This document shows, piece by piece, positions 24,177 to 36,616 of a stretch of 64,000 nt of DNA. A program made the position numbers and the translations under genes. The notes under the pieces are model-generated. The model was not told the DNA's origin, made no database searches, and worked only from the letters and a program-made list of their open reading frames with translations. How positions within the stretch are numbered: position 1 is the stretch's first letter; every line of letters starts with the position of its first letter. This DNA comes from Mobula hypostoma (Eukaryota), in NCBI RefSeq assembly GCF_963921235.1, contig NC_086097.1, forward strand, positions 236,594,001 through 236,658,000, given 5' to 3'.

Positions 24177-25363
24177 ATTATATGAATAGAGGAGCAGAGT
24201 TGACGACATTGTTGAACGTGTCTGATTCAAGATATTGGTCTAGCCCTGTTTTGTTCTTTTTTTGGGTTTAGTATTCAGTTGTTTTTTCTTTTTCTTTTGG
24301 GGGTTTTTCTTTGTTTATATATATATTTTTTTCTTTTTATTTCTTTTTTTCTCTTTATGACTACTTTCATTATGAGTTTGGAAGTTTATTATACCTATGT
24401 TACTTAAAATCTTTTTTGTATATGTTTAATAAGATTATTCCAATCTCTTTGTATCAATATTGTTACTGTGTTTATAATTTTGAAAATTAATAAAAAGACT
24501 TAAAAAGAAAGAAAGGATATTAAACACACAGCACATATTTTCCCCGTATGAACATATAAAATCATTGCAACACACCAATATCGCTGAATCAGTGGGAGCC
24601 CTGGGCTTGTTTCTCTGCAACAAGATGGTCCTATCGAGGGGTGATGGGAGACAGCGACACTCGAAGGGGGTTCCTTATGTCCAGTCTATTCCGCAATTTA
24701 GTTTTCGTTGCATTCATTGCAGAGATACGTTGGAAATGGAAGCAACGTTTTCAGTGCTTTCGTGGCTATGTCAGGATATTTAGCCTTGACTTTGATCCAG
24801 AATGCCGGTAGAGATGTTATGTCGAACATACTTTTCAGCTTGCCGTCTTTTGCAAGCTCGCGGAGTTGATCTCCTTCCCGCGCTGACATGGATGACGCGC
24901 GGGTAATGACCTCGCGTGCGTTCAAGCTCAACGGAATAAGGAAAGGTGCAGCTGACTCATATCGCCAAATCGTATCATTTCCTCGTGGCCCGGTAGCACA
25001 AGCTTTGCGGTCCGGTGGTTGGGGACCATTGTCGCAAATTATGCTAGATGGTAATCTTATGGAAAATATTTTAATATTTGTTAATTTATGTGTAGTAATA
25101 TTGCTTCATGCATTATCAGTTATATATACTCTGTAGTGAACCTTTATCCAAAGGAATGTTGTTTCATTTGGTAATATACATGTTAATGTAATATACATGA
25201 TTGAGTGACTTGAACTTGAAATTGAATAACTTGATAGCAATATTATTTTATCATTTAGCTACAAAATATATTTAGGATTTGCACATTTGGTTTCCTTACA
25301 TTTCAATTTTATGTTTCCGTGGTCTTAATAAAAATTTAAAAATATCTTACTTAACCTTGTATT

Positions 25364-25748
25364 TACATTCATTGGCCACTTCATTAGGTACACCCGCTTA
25401 TTAATGCAAATATCTGATCATCCAATCATATGGCAACAGCTCAGTGCAAGAAAACATTCAGACATGGTCAAGAAGTTCAGTTGTTCAGACCAACACCAGA
25501 ATGGGGAAGAAATGTGATCTTAGTGACTGTGACTGTAGAATGCTTGTTGGTTCCAGATCAGGTGGTTTTAATTTCTCAGAAAATACTAATAGCTGGGATT
25601 TTCACACACAACAGTCTCTAGACTGGGCAAAACATAAAAGAACATGCAGTGAGCAGCAGTTCTGTCAGTATAACTGCCATCAGAGGAGAATGGCCAGATT
25701 GGTTCAAGCTGACAGGAAGATGATAGTGATTCAAGTAGCCACACGCAA
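25364..25748 (+). mobile_element. Tc1-like transposon 5' fragment
   Basis: TIR-like tacattcattggccacttcattaggtacacc; MGKKCDLSDCDCRMLVGSRSGG resembles the Tc1 transposase N-terminus. An opposite-end relic lies at about 18300-18375. Confidence 0.8.
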
Positions 25749-26239
25749 CACAGAGAAGCTGCTCAGGAGAACTTTGCAGTTCTCCAGGAACAAATCGATG
25801 CTGTACATGGACGGCAAGCTGCTTCCCACGGACTGAGAGATTAGGCTCATCAGCAGACTGCTGTCCTGCGTGAGCAGAGAGATGACGCTGAGAAGGAATG
25901 TGTAGGCAGACACTCTTGATTCAGCCAGATCTTCACAGAGTCTGGAGACTGAGTGGATGTTGTCTGATTTTTGAGCTGACAGTTTCAGCACCATTTTCCC
26001 AGAGCTTTGACAGATTATCTGTTATCCCATGTCAGAAAATTACTGTGCCCTTCAATAATCAATAATTCGCCTCCTGCCATGGTCTCTCATCCCTCATGCA
26101 CTCTATATTTATCTGTGTCCCACAGTCAGCTATCCAAGGCAGTTATTTCAGTTGGCTGGAGCCCTGCCATTAAGGGCTTCTTGAGAGTCACTACAGACAA
26201 CTGTGTGACCACGAGGAGAAGGGGAGCGTCAGTTTAGAG

Positions 26240-26318
26240 CAGGGGATTCCAACTGGGGGTCCACGGACCCTTTGCTTAATGCTATTGGTCCATGGCATAA
26301 AAAAGTTGGGAATCCCTG
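26240..26318. mobile_element. 79-bp hAT MITE
   Basis: TIRs caggggattccaac / gttgggaatccctg; perfect 8-bp TSD gtttagag at 26232-26239 and 26319-26326. Confidence 0.9.
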
Positions 26319-27189
26319 GTTTAGAGGTTGGCTTGAAGTCAGTATTGATTGTTGTTCAGGATCATTTCACTGCAGTGCATCACAGGCATGAAATAAGTGA
26401 AACAAATGCTTTCCTCCCCCACCAAAGCTGCCATGAGTGTGACCTCTTACAGAATCAATTGACATCACAAGATTCTTCTCTTCCTTGGTCTCATCTTCCT
26501 GCACTTATAATGGAAGCCTCTCAGAGAGTAATTCTGTGAGAGGCTGGAGAACATACAAGAGCTTTCATGGCGGAAGGAAACATCAGCTCAGGCCTTCCTC
26601 TTCCCTCCAAGCCTTCTTTCATACATAGGATTAAGAGATATCTTGTAGTAACGAGTAGGATGGTATCAATCAGAAGTGATTGATCGAGCAGAAAAGTGTG
26701 GCACTACAATGACCACATCAGCTAAGTAAAACAAAGTTCCCAAAGCTGATTAACACCTCTGCCCATTAACCCACCCCTCCACTGCCTAACACCACTACAA
26801 ACACATCACCCAGCATCACTTTATGTACATATTATCAGTCCACATATACAACAGTTACTTGTACATTGTGTCTTTATAGGATTGATTTTATATTTATTAT
26901 GTAATTTTTGTTTTTCCTTACGGTTCTTTTTATGTTTTATTTTATGCTGCATAGGACCTGGAGTAACAATCATTCCATTCTCCTTTATATTCATGTATAA
27001 CAATAAGTGATCTTGAACCGTGAGTTCATTTGCCTTGTCTATCTTGAACAGGTTAATTGGTTCAATGGATCAAATTAGCCGAATGACTCCAGGTGAGTCT
27101 TGGAAGTGATTTCTTACAGTTGAGTTAGTGCGGGATTTATCGGCTTAAAATATCAGTCCAATGTACCAAAAAGATTAAAGGTTGGGTTT

Positions 27190-27495
27190 GTTTGTCACAT
27201 GTAGATCGAAACATTGGAATATACAGTGAAATCCGTTGTTTGTGTCAACGGCCAACACAAACTGAGGATGCACTGGGGGCAGCCGACAAGTGTCACCATG
27301 CTTCCAGCATCAACATAGCATGCCCACAACTTACGAACTCTAATCCATGCGCCTTTGGAATGTGGGAGGAATCTGAAGCACCCGGAGAAAACCCACATGG
27401 TCATGGGGAGAATATACAAATTCCTTATAGACAACGGCAGAGAGTAAACCCTGATCTTGAAGCTGGTGCTCTAGAGCATTACGCTACCATGCCAC
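27190..27495 (-). mobile_element. V-type SINE
   Basis: tgtgggaggaatctgaagcacccggagaaaacccaca is the reverse V-domain. Confidence 0.7.
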
Positions 27496-27818
27496 ATATG
27501 CAGTATATGGCGTATGTACTTTGATACTAATTTACTTTGAACTCTGAACTTTGAACTTCATGGTGATACTATTATTGATCAGCAAGCCAAAATACTTGCC
27601 ATGATTTGCACCTAGAGAATAGATCTCCTCCAAGGACATGTTGTACAGTGACACAAGTTTTGCCAGCTCACAGGACCAGTGACCCAGGATTGGTCCTGGC
27701 CTTATGTGTTGACTGTACGGAGTTTGCACATTTATCTTCTAACTGGTGAGTTTCTCTTGGTGCCTCCAACAGGCCAAAGATGTGCTGGTTGGTAGGTTAA
27801 ATATTTATTTATTTAGAC

Positions 27819-29410
27819 TGTCACGTACCCCGTGATGGGTTAAAGAACCAGCAGAAATGGAAAACACTTTGGAGTCTAGTATTGCTATTAACTAATGGTA
27901 CTTATTAGTAACTACACAATACAGTAATATAAATGCAGATAAATCAAACAGATTAACAATGATTATATATAAGTAAGTATATCAGTAAGTGTGGAAATAT
28001 ATGAAAACCAAGCTTCTTCAAGTCTAGGGGTAAATAGATATTCTTACGATGATGAGTAAAGTTCAGTTCAGTTCGTGGTACAGGTATCCCCTGCTTTTCA
28101 AACGTTCGCTTTACGGAAACTCACTGTTATGAAAGAGCTACATTAGTACCCTGCTTTCGCTTTCAGAAGGTTTTTTTCACTGTTACGAAAAAAAATTCAG
28201 CACGCGATAAAAGGCAGAGCGTGCCCCGAGCAGCCGCTCTCCCCCGGATTGGAAACTCCTTTGCTTTAACACGTGCCTGTGAGCAGCCATTTGCAAGATG
28301 AGTTCTATGGTATCAGAAAAGCCTGAAAGAGCTCGTAAGGGTGTTACACTTACGGTAAAACTAGACATAATTAAGCATTTTGATCGTGGTGAACGAAGTA
28401 AGGACAACGTGAGTTTGGCTTGTGAAAGCTGACGAACATGATGTTGAAGAGGTTTTGGCATCCCATCACCAAGAACTGACTGATGAAGAGCTGATGCAAT
28501 TGGAAGAAAAAAGGATAACAATCGAAACCGAATGAGTAATGATAAAGTACGACTTTAATTTTGAAAGGGTGTGTCGGTTTAGGAGATATTTGCAGGATGG
28601 TTTGAGTCCTTATTAAAGAACTGTGTGATAGAAAAATGCGCGAGGCTCAGCAGTCCAGTAAGCCTTCCACATCAGCCACAGCAGACAACGAACCTCGACC
28701 TTCGACATCAAGGCGGGCAGTCATAGGAGAAGATGAGCTGCCTGCCTTGATCGACAATGTGATGACACCCCAGTGTCCCACCACCCCAACCACCAGGCCA
28801 TGGACAGATACCGATTCGTGGAAAATGCAACGGTAGCCGGGATACACACAGCACATCTTTAAGAAAAAAGCCAAAATAAACATGCTAATTAATTAGGTGC
28901 CGCCTAGCACGTAATTGTCGGCCCAGATCAGTGCCGATGCAATCACCGACTGTGACCACAACAAAGGAGACCCTTCTTCTGTGGTGGAGCTATCAACCCA
29001 GGCAAGGGTTGGAAACTCAAATAACTCCCCACCGGCCACACCCTCTTCACACTGCAAGAGCCACTGATCGATCCGCCTGATTGATCCTCCAAAACCCACT
29101 TTTTCTGTGGGCACAACAAAGCTCATTCAATGTCCAAAATCATGTCTCTCAGGTCTATCATCTGACCTTCTATTTATCTCCCTGTGCTGAGTACCAACTG
29201 TCTTTCAAATAACAGCTCCTCCCTTCTCTTTCTGTAAGAACGTACAAGCAAGCAATGTCCTTGGGAAAGTATAAACAAACTGTGAGTAGTCTTCATCCCT
29301 CTCCCTCCTTCTTTCTGTCTCTCTTTTTAACAAGGTGTCTGTTGATGAGCACCTCTCTCGCTCTCTTTTTAAAAGCACAGTTCATAGGGGTAATTCAGGA
29401 ACCCGTCACA
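27819..29410 (-). mobile_element. Solo LTR (family A) in a SINE, containing a truncated Tigger-like element
   Basis: TG...CA ends; 4-bp TSD agac at 27815-27818 and 29411-29414; related to 57028-58501 and 63287-64000. Confidence 0.8.
28081..28950 (+). mobile_element. Tigger/pogo-like non-autonomous element, 3'-truncated
   Basis: TA|caggtatccc start; collinear with 39847-40770. Confidence 0.8.
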
Positions 29411-30454
29411 AGACGTATAGCACTGAACAGGACCTTCCAGCCCAACAAGCCGCAATGCCCAACAACCCGCCTAACCTCAGGACAATATACAATGACTAAT
29501 TAACCAGTTCATCTTTGGACTGTGGAAGAAAACTGGAGCATCAGGAAAAAACCAGCACACACAAACAGAGGAAAAACAGACAAATTTTCTACCAGAGCAC
29601 GCTGGGACTGAACTCTGAACTTACAGGCCCCAAGCTGTAATACCCTGTGCTAATCACTACACTACCGTGGCACCCCTGTGAGAGCTGCTGTATACTGCCC
29701 TGGAATAGTTGTGTAGTAAGACATCGAGCTACAACCATAGAGAATTGCAGCACAGAAACAGGGGATTCAGCCTATCTGGACCATGTTGACCTGATCTTCT
29801 GCCGAGTTCCATCTACCTGGACCCAGACCACAGTCCTGCAAACCCCTCCCATCTCTCTAAAGTTGATGGGCTGTGAGAGGGAAAATGGAATTGGTATAAA
29901 TGGGTGCTTGATGGTCGATCGGTGCAGATAAAGCAGAGCAAAAAGCCTGTTTATTTTCTGGATGACTCTAACATACATGAAAATGAACCTTATACATTGC
30001 CAGAGAAGTGGTTTCACACGGATAACATTTCCCAAGATTTTTGTAGCAAGTTGAATGTATAATAATAGTGCTGGTGAAACTTTGAGAAATTTTTGGCATC
30101 ATCTGAGCTCTTTTGATTGGTTGTTAGTGCATTAGTGATGCCTCAGGACTCACACCACCCCACTCAACAACAGTTCTTCCTCCTCAACCATCAGCCCCTT
30201 GAATAAAAGGGGATAACTACACTTACCTGTCCCTCATTGAGATGTTTCCCCAAAATTAATGATCTCACTTTAAGGACTCTTTATCTCATGTTCTCATTAT
30301 TTAATGCTATTTATTTGTATTTGCATTTTCACAGTTTGTTGTCTTCTGCACTCTGGTTGATCTTTTATTGATCCTGTTATAGATACTGTTCTATAGATTT
30401 GCTGAGTATGCCCACAGGAAAATGAATCTCAGGGCTTTAATGGTGACTTACATG

Positions 30455-31026
30455 TGTTAGAGTGAGTTTTGGGGTAGATGATTCATTTACGCTTAAATAA
30501 CTCTGACCACCAGTCTCCTGTTTGACAAAGTACTGTGGATTGAGTTCACAACAATGCATTTCCTAAAAGCTGTGAATATCGGAATACTAGCCAGATGCTG
30601 CGGATGGAAGTGTGAAGTTTACAGGTAGTTTTGAAGACAGTATTATCAATAGTTTATAAATATTAATTGCCCTCTATGTTAGCACGTAAAATACCAAATA
30701 AATGTATTGTGGATTTGACTTGTACTCCTAAAGGCTGTGAGTACCAACCCAGACATGTTGGCGTTGGGAGGAGAGGATGAAGTCAGAAGGTGTGACGTTT
30801 TGTATGTAGCTTCAAAAGAAAGCATTGTCTACAACTTTGTAAATAGGAATTGCCCTTTGTGTTTAGCATATAAATATCCAGCCCACATTGGTCTAGCAGA
30901 TCTTTCCACCGAAAGCATCTCCACCCGTATGATGCCTGCTGTACCTTGTTGTGTCGAATAAAGAAGCTGCTTTGTATCTACCAGTGACTCTGTCTCTCCA
31001 GTGATGTCATCCATGCTACAACAACA
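30455..31026 (+). mobile_element. Probable solo LTR
   Basis: TGTT...AACA ends, TATAAA at about 30869 and AATAAA at 30957. Interrupts a LINE tail that resumes at 31027; TSD imperfect. Confidence 0.55.
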
Positions 31027-31644
31027 CGTACTTTGATAATAACATTTACTTTGACTTTGGTTGTAACTCTGTGAGGAAACTTATTGTTCTACGGGGAGTC
31101 AGTAATTATGGATAGGTTTCATGAGATTGCCTCTCCATTGTTGAATCCATTATTCCCACTGGAAACTGCCTCTCCCATTTGCTCAGCAGGAGTGAATTCC
31201 TGATGTTGAATGAACACTCTTCATGAAGACTTGTCACTCGTCTGGCCACCTGCTGATTTTCAGCTTGTGCTTCGTGGACCTCAGTCTGCAAATCTCCTGA
31301 CTGCTCTTCACTAGAGTGAAGCCTCCTCAGCAGAAGAATGTTTTCTGCAGTGTACCACTAGGATCACATCTCTACTGTGGCACTCACAAAAAGCTGAAGG
31401 AGCTCAGCAGACCAGGCAGCATGTATGGAAAAAAGTACAGTTGACGTTTTGGGCCGAAACCCCTTGGCAGTGGAGCGGTTAGCAGCACCAGCGATCACCA
31501 ATTGAGGTTCGAATCCTGTAGCTGCCTATAAGAAGTTTGTACCTTCTCCCCATAACCACGTGGGTTTCCTTCAGGTGTTCTGGCTTCCTCCCACATTCCA
31601 TAGAAGCAAAGTTATCATTAGGGTTAGTAAGTTTTGAGCATGCT

Positions 31645-32370
31645 ATTGTGACTGTGATCAAAGTGTCTAGAGAGACACCAAAACTGATGAGATAGAAGTC
31701 TTTATTGATGACAACAAGCAGGCATCATTCTGGAGACCCTCTTAGTACAGGCTCACAAGTCCAAAGATGCATCACATTTTTCTATCTTTAAGATCAAAGG
31801 TAACAGTAGCTGAATACAATTTCAATAGTTCAAATGACATTGTTTACTTTTATATTTTGGGTTGACAATACTTTCTTTGAATTGCATATCTACAGTGACA
31901 GATGCTCTGAATGTTCAAACACCTTTTTCACAAAGTAATTCACACAAATAGTCTAAAAGCTTCTGGGACATTAATGTTGTCAAGGCTGTCTCTGAGAACA
32001 CAACTATCAAAGTACACAAAAACTATTGATTGCCTACATCTGTGACCATGCTTTGTATGCTAATTGACAACATCCATCTGGTCTGTCAGTTTGAACTCAG
32101 TCCCAATGGTGCAAATAACTTAGCCATGTTGCCTGGTTTGATGCAAGCCCACAACCAAATTGTCGTAATGCTTGGCTATTGCATATGCAATCTCTTAGTC
32201 TGTGGAGCAGCCTGTACTTCTAACATCAATTTACCGCTTGCAATTTACAAAACAGCTGGAGGTTAATTGCAAACTTCTTGAACTTACTTACATTTACAAT
32301 AAGAACTGAAGCCTGATTTTGTTTTAATTAATATCTGTTATTTCATGTGACTCCAGAATACCCCCTAACA
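31645..32370 (-). mobile_element. Possible solo LTR inserted in a V-type SINE (about 31470-32510)
   Basis: The SINE splits around it; begins TGTTAGGGGG on the minus strand with AATAAA near the far end; TSD unclear. Confidence 0.4.
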
Positions 32371-35124
32371 CATGCAATGTTTGTGTCAGAAGCGTGATAA
32401 TACTTGCAGGCTGCCCAAGCACAATCCTCGATGATTTAATCTGAGGCAAATATGCATTTCACTGTATGTTTTGATGAATATATGACAAATAAAGCTAATC
32501 TTTGATCTCTTTAGTCGTTAATTAATTAATTAATTAATTTAGAAATACAGCAGGGAACATCATGCAGCCCTCTGCTACATGTTTAATGCACAGATGGCAT
32601 ATTATGCAGAGAAAGAAGATTGAATTGGCACCATGAAAAGAAAAGCTGCTGGACATACAGTAGAACATGTAACATTGAACGTAGAACATTACAGCACAGT
32701 ACGGACCTTTGGCCCACAATATTGTGCTGACCTACAGCGTACAAATCTACTGCACAATCAATCTAACCCTTCCCTCTTACACAGCCCATTTTCCTCCATT
32801 TTCTTGCATGGATTACCCTATTGCATCAGCCTCTACCATGACCTCTGATTATGTTTCAGGCAACTACCACTCTCTATGTGAAAAAATACACCATCTACAG
32901 AGAGAGAAGCAGTTATCCTTTCAAAACAATGACCTTTCATCAGAATTTGGAAAAGTTAGGAAGTTAAGTAATATTTATGATGAAGAGGGGGGGAGAAAGG
33001 AAATATTGCCAATGATTATGCAATTTCTACTCCTTCTCATATAATTCAGAGCTATAAGTTCTAGAAAACAAGTCAGTGAACAGGCTCGGGAGAATAATTC
33101 ACTGTCCTCTTCAGTTAGTTGGATTTAAGAGGCAAATCTGCTGACTTAGGAACATGTCGCAAGACAGTTATGAAATCAGCTGCCAACCATTGAACTCCCT
33201 GTGTAGGCTCACAGCAGCAGGGAGCATTTGTTATAGCATTTAACTGCTGAGCAACTGATTCAATGGGTACCTCAGTGATCATACCCCTGGTAACACTTCG
33301 TTACTGGAAGCCTCGTGCTTGACATTGTAGACAACTGAAGGACAGTTGGGAATCAAAGTGCAGGAAGCAGTGAAATGCAGAACTAGAAAAGCTATAAGAT
33401 ATAGGAGTAGAAATAGGCTAATTGGACCATCAAGTCTGCTCCACCATTTCACAGTGCCTGATTTATTATCACTCTCAACTCCACTCTCCTGCCTTCTCCC
33501 TGTAGATTTTGACACCCTAACTAATCAAGATCCTATCAACTTCAAATTTAAATATATCCAGTGACTTGCATCCACAGCTGTCTATAGCAATGAATTCCAC
33601 AGATCCACCACCCTCTGGCTAAAGGGGAGGGAAGGACAAAATGAGTCTGATGCGGTATCATGTTTAAGCAGACAGAAATCTGTTGAATCTAGAATATAGT
33701 AAGTTAATAGTGGGTTGGAAAATCCTTTCAACTTCCTTGTGGTACTCTTCTTGATAAGGTTGTACTGGATGGTATTTCAGAGCATACACACTGGATCTTA
33801 TACTATTACGTTAATTACAGAGAATGCTTGTTCTAGCGAGCATTCAAAGTTCAAAGTAAAATGATTATCAAAGTGTTAATTGTCACTGTCTCCTACCATG
33901 AGATTTATTTTCTTGCAGGCATTCACAGTAGGAAAAAAAATACAATAGAATCAGAGCCATCAAACACTCCTCATACCAATGTATTAACCCTTTCACTCCC
34001 GGGATCATTCTTGTGAACCTGCTCTGGATCCTCTCCAATACCAGTGTGCCCCTTCTTAAAAATGGGTGCCCAGAACGGCTCACAATACTCCAAGTATGAT
34101 CTGGCTAGTGCCTTATAAAGCCTCAACTGACAAAGACCTATGAAGTCTTTGATTCTTAGATTGTCTAATGTACTTTCATGGTAAGCTCCTATTGCCACTT
34201 TTTCACAAAAACGTGAAGCACCCCCAACGCTTCGGTCAATGTTCGTGCAATAAAAAAAATGCTATCGCAGTCAATTATAACTCATGCATTAATGATGCTT
34301 TCTGGAACCCTTTTGCATCTAAATTAGCTGACACACTTGCCCAAGCTCCTTTCAAACATAATTCAGTATGTGCAGCATGCTCTAAGGTGACTTGAGGGTT
34401 TGAAATATATTACATAAATGTCGGTTCCATAGAGACAGTATGGAAATCTTGAACAATATCCAAATATTAGCTTGAATTCCCGGAAATTTAGGTTTTATTA
34501 TCACAAATGCATGAGGCACAAGGTGAAAAGCGTTACAAAATTCACTGTGAGGGGCTTTGATAGTTTTCAGTCTTATGCAAGGCATAAGTTGCTGTAAATG
34601 GTCGTTATCAGCAGTAGCTCTCGCTATTCCTGATTACTCGTCAGATTTCAGTGCAATTTTTATTCTTGCTAAAGAATCTTACATTAGAACAAGGCCATGA
34701 CCATTATGAAGGTACCTCTAGGAGGATACAACTATTGTGGAACATTAACAATGCTTTTTTCTACTAAAAGAAGGATGTGGATGCTATAGAGCGAGTGCAG
34801 AGGAGATTTCCAAGGATGTTGCCTGGATTTACAAGGAAGTCTCGCAGATAAACATATCTGCACCAGTGCACTGAGCTGCAACTCTTGAGAGAATATATTA
34901 ATGAATTGGAGCTGCAGCTCAGTGACCTTTGACCCATATGGGCGAATGAGGAGGTGATAGACAGGAGCTACAGAGAGGTACTGTAGTCGCCCCTGTGTCG
35001 CAGGAGACAGGTGACGGCCATGAGAAGGAGAGGAAACTCACAGCTAGTGCAGAGTACACCTGCAGCCATTCCCCTCAATAATAAGTATACAAATTTAGAT
35101 ACCATTGAGGGAGACAATCTACCA

Positions 35125-35800
35125 GTGGTGCTCCCGATGTGGCCTTCTATATATTGGCGAGACCCGACGCAGACTGGGAGATCGTTTTGCTGAACACCTA
35201 CACTCTGTCCGCCAGAGAAAGCAGGATCTCCCAGTGGCCACACATTTTAATTCCACATCCCATTCCCATTCTGACATGTCTATCTACGGCTTCCTCTACT
35301 ATAAAGATGAAGCCACACTCAGGTTGGAGGAACCACACCTTATATTCCGTCTGGGTAGCCTCCAACCTGATGGCATGAACATTGACTTCTCTGACTTCCA
35401 CTAATGCCCCACCTCCCCCTCGTACCCTATCTGTTATTTATATACACACATTCTTTCTTTCACTCTCCTTTTTCTCCCTCTGTCCCTCTCACGATACACC
35501 TTGTCCATCCTCTGGGGTTCCCCCCCCCTTCCCCTTTCCTGCTCCCTGGGCCTCCTGTCCCATGATCCTCTCATATCGCTTTTGCCAATCACCTGTCCAG
35601 CTCTTGGCTCCATCCCTCCTCCTCCTGTCTTCTCCTATCATTTTGGATCTCCCCCTCCCCCTCCCACTTTCAAATCTCTTACTAGCTCTTCTTTCAGTTA
35701 GTCCTGACGAAGGGTCTCGGCCTGAAACGTCGACTGTACCTCTTCCTAGAGATGCTGCCCGGCCTGCTGCGTTCACCAGCAACTTTGATGTGTGTAGCTT
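35125..35800 (+). mobile_element. Penelope-like (Neptune-type) 3' fragment with GIY-YIG end and pLTR
   Basis: CSRCGLLYIGETRRRLGDRFAEH...HFN...LGSLQPDGMN. Confidence 0.92.
35699..35736 (+). ncRNA. Minimal type-I hammerhead ribozyme motif
   Basis: Identical to 2115-2152. Confidence 0.85.
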
Positions 35801-36616
35801 AAGTCGGATGTATCAGTATAATGGTGGAATAAAGGAAATTACAGAGGCATGAGAGAGGAGCTTGGAAAAGATTGGAAAAGAACACCGGCATAGATTAAAG
35901 CAGAGCAGCAATGGCTGGAATTCTGGAAGCAATTCAGAAGGCACAAGGTAAATACATCCCAAAGAAGAAGAAGTACTCTAAAGGCAAGATGACACAACCA
36001 TGGCTAACAAGGGAAGTCAAAGCCAACATAAAAGCCAAAGAGAGGGCATATAATAAAGCAAAAATTAGTGGGAAGTTAGAGGATTGGGTTTTGAAATACC
36101 AACAAAAGGCAAATAAAAAGTCATTAGGAAAGTAAGGATGGAATATGAAAGTAAGCTAGCCAATAATATTAAGAAGGTACCAGAAGTTTCTTCAGAAACA
36201 TAAAGTGCAAATGTGAGACGAGAGTAAATATCGGACCGCAGGAAAGTGATGCTGGAGAGGTAATAACGGGGACAAGGAAATTGCAGATGAACTGAGTAAG
36301 TATTTTGCACTGGTCTTAACTGTGGAAGACACGAGCAGTATGGTGGAAGTTCCAGGTGTCAGGGAGCATGAGGTGTGTGAAGTTGTCATAACTAGAGAGA
36401 AGGTTTGAGAAACTAAAAGGTCTGAAGTTAGATAAATCACCTGGACCAGAAGATGTATACCGCAGGGTTCTGAAAGAGGTGGCTGAAGAGATTGTGGAGG
36501 CATTAGTAATGATATTTCAAGAACTACCTGATTCTTGAATGGTTCCAGAAGACTGGAAAATTGCAAATGTCACTCCACTCTTGAAGAAGAAAAAGAGGCA
36601 GAAGAAAGAAAATTAT

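Larger units (their letters stand above)
22235..24514 (+). mobile_element. 5'-truncated L1 LINE
   Basis: RGTRQGCPLSPLLF, HADDVL, AATAAA at 24489, (gaaa)n tail. 12-bp TSD ggatattaaaca at 22223-22234 and 24515-24526. Confidence 0.93.
21580..25031 (-). mobile_element. Non-autonomous hAT (Charlie/Buster-like) element hosting an L1
   Basis: ORF 24698-24931 SLPAFWIKVKAKYPDIATKALKTLLPFPTYLC resembles the hAT dimerisation domain. TIR-like end ggttggggaccattg at about 25017-25031; the other TIR was not found. Confidence 0.75.
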
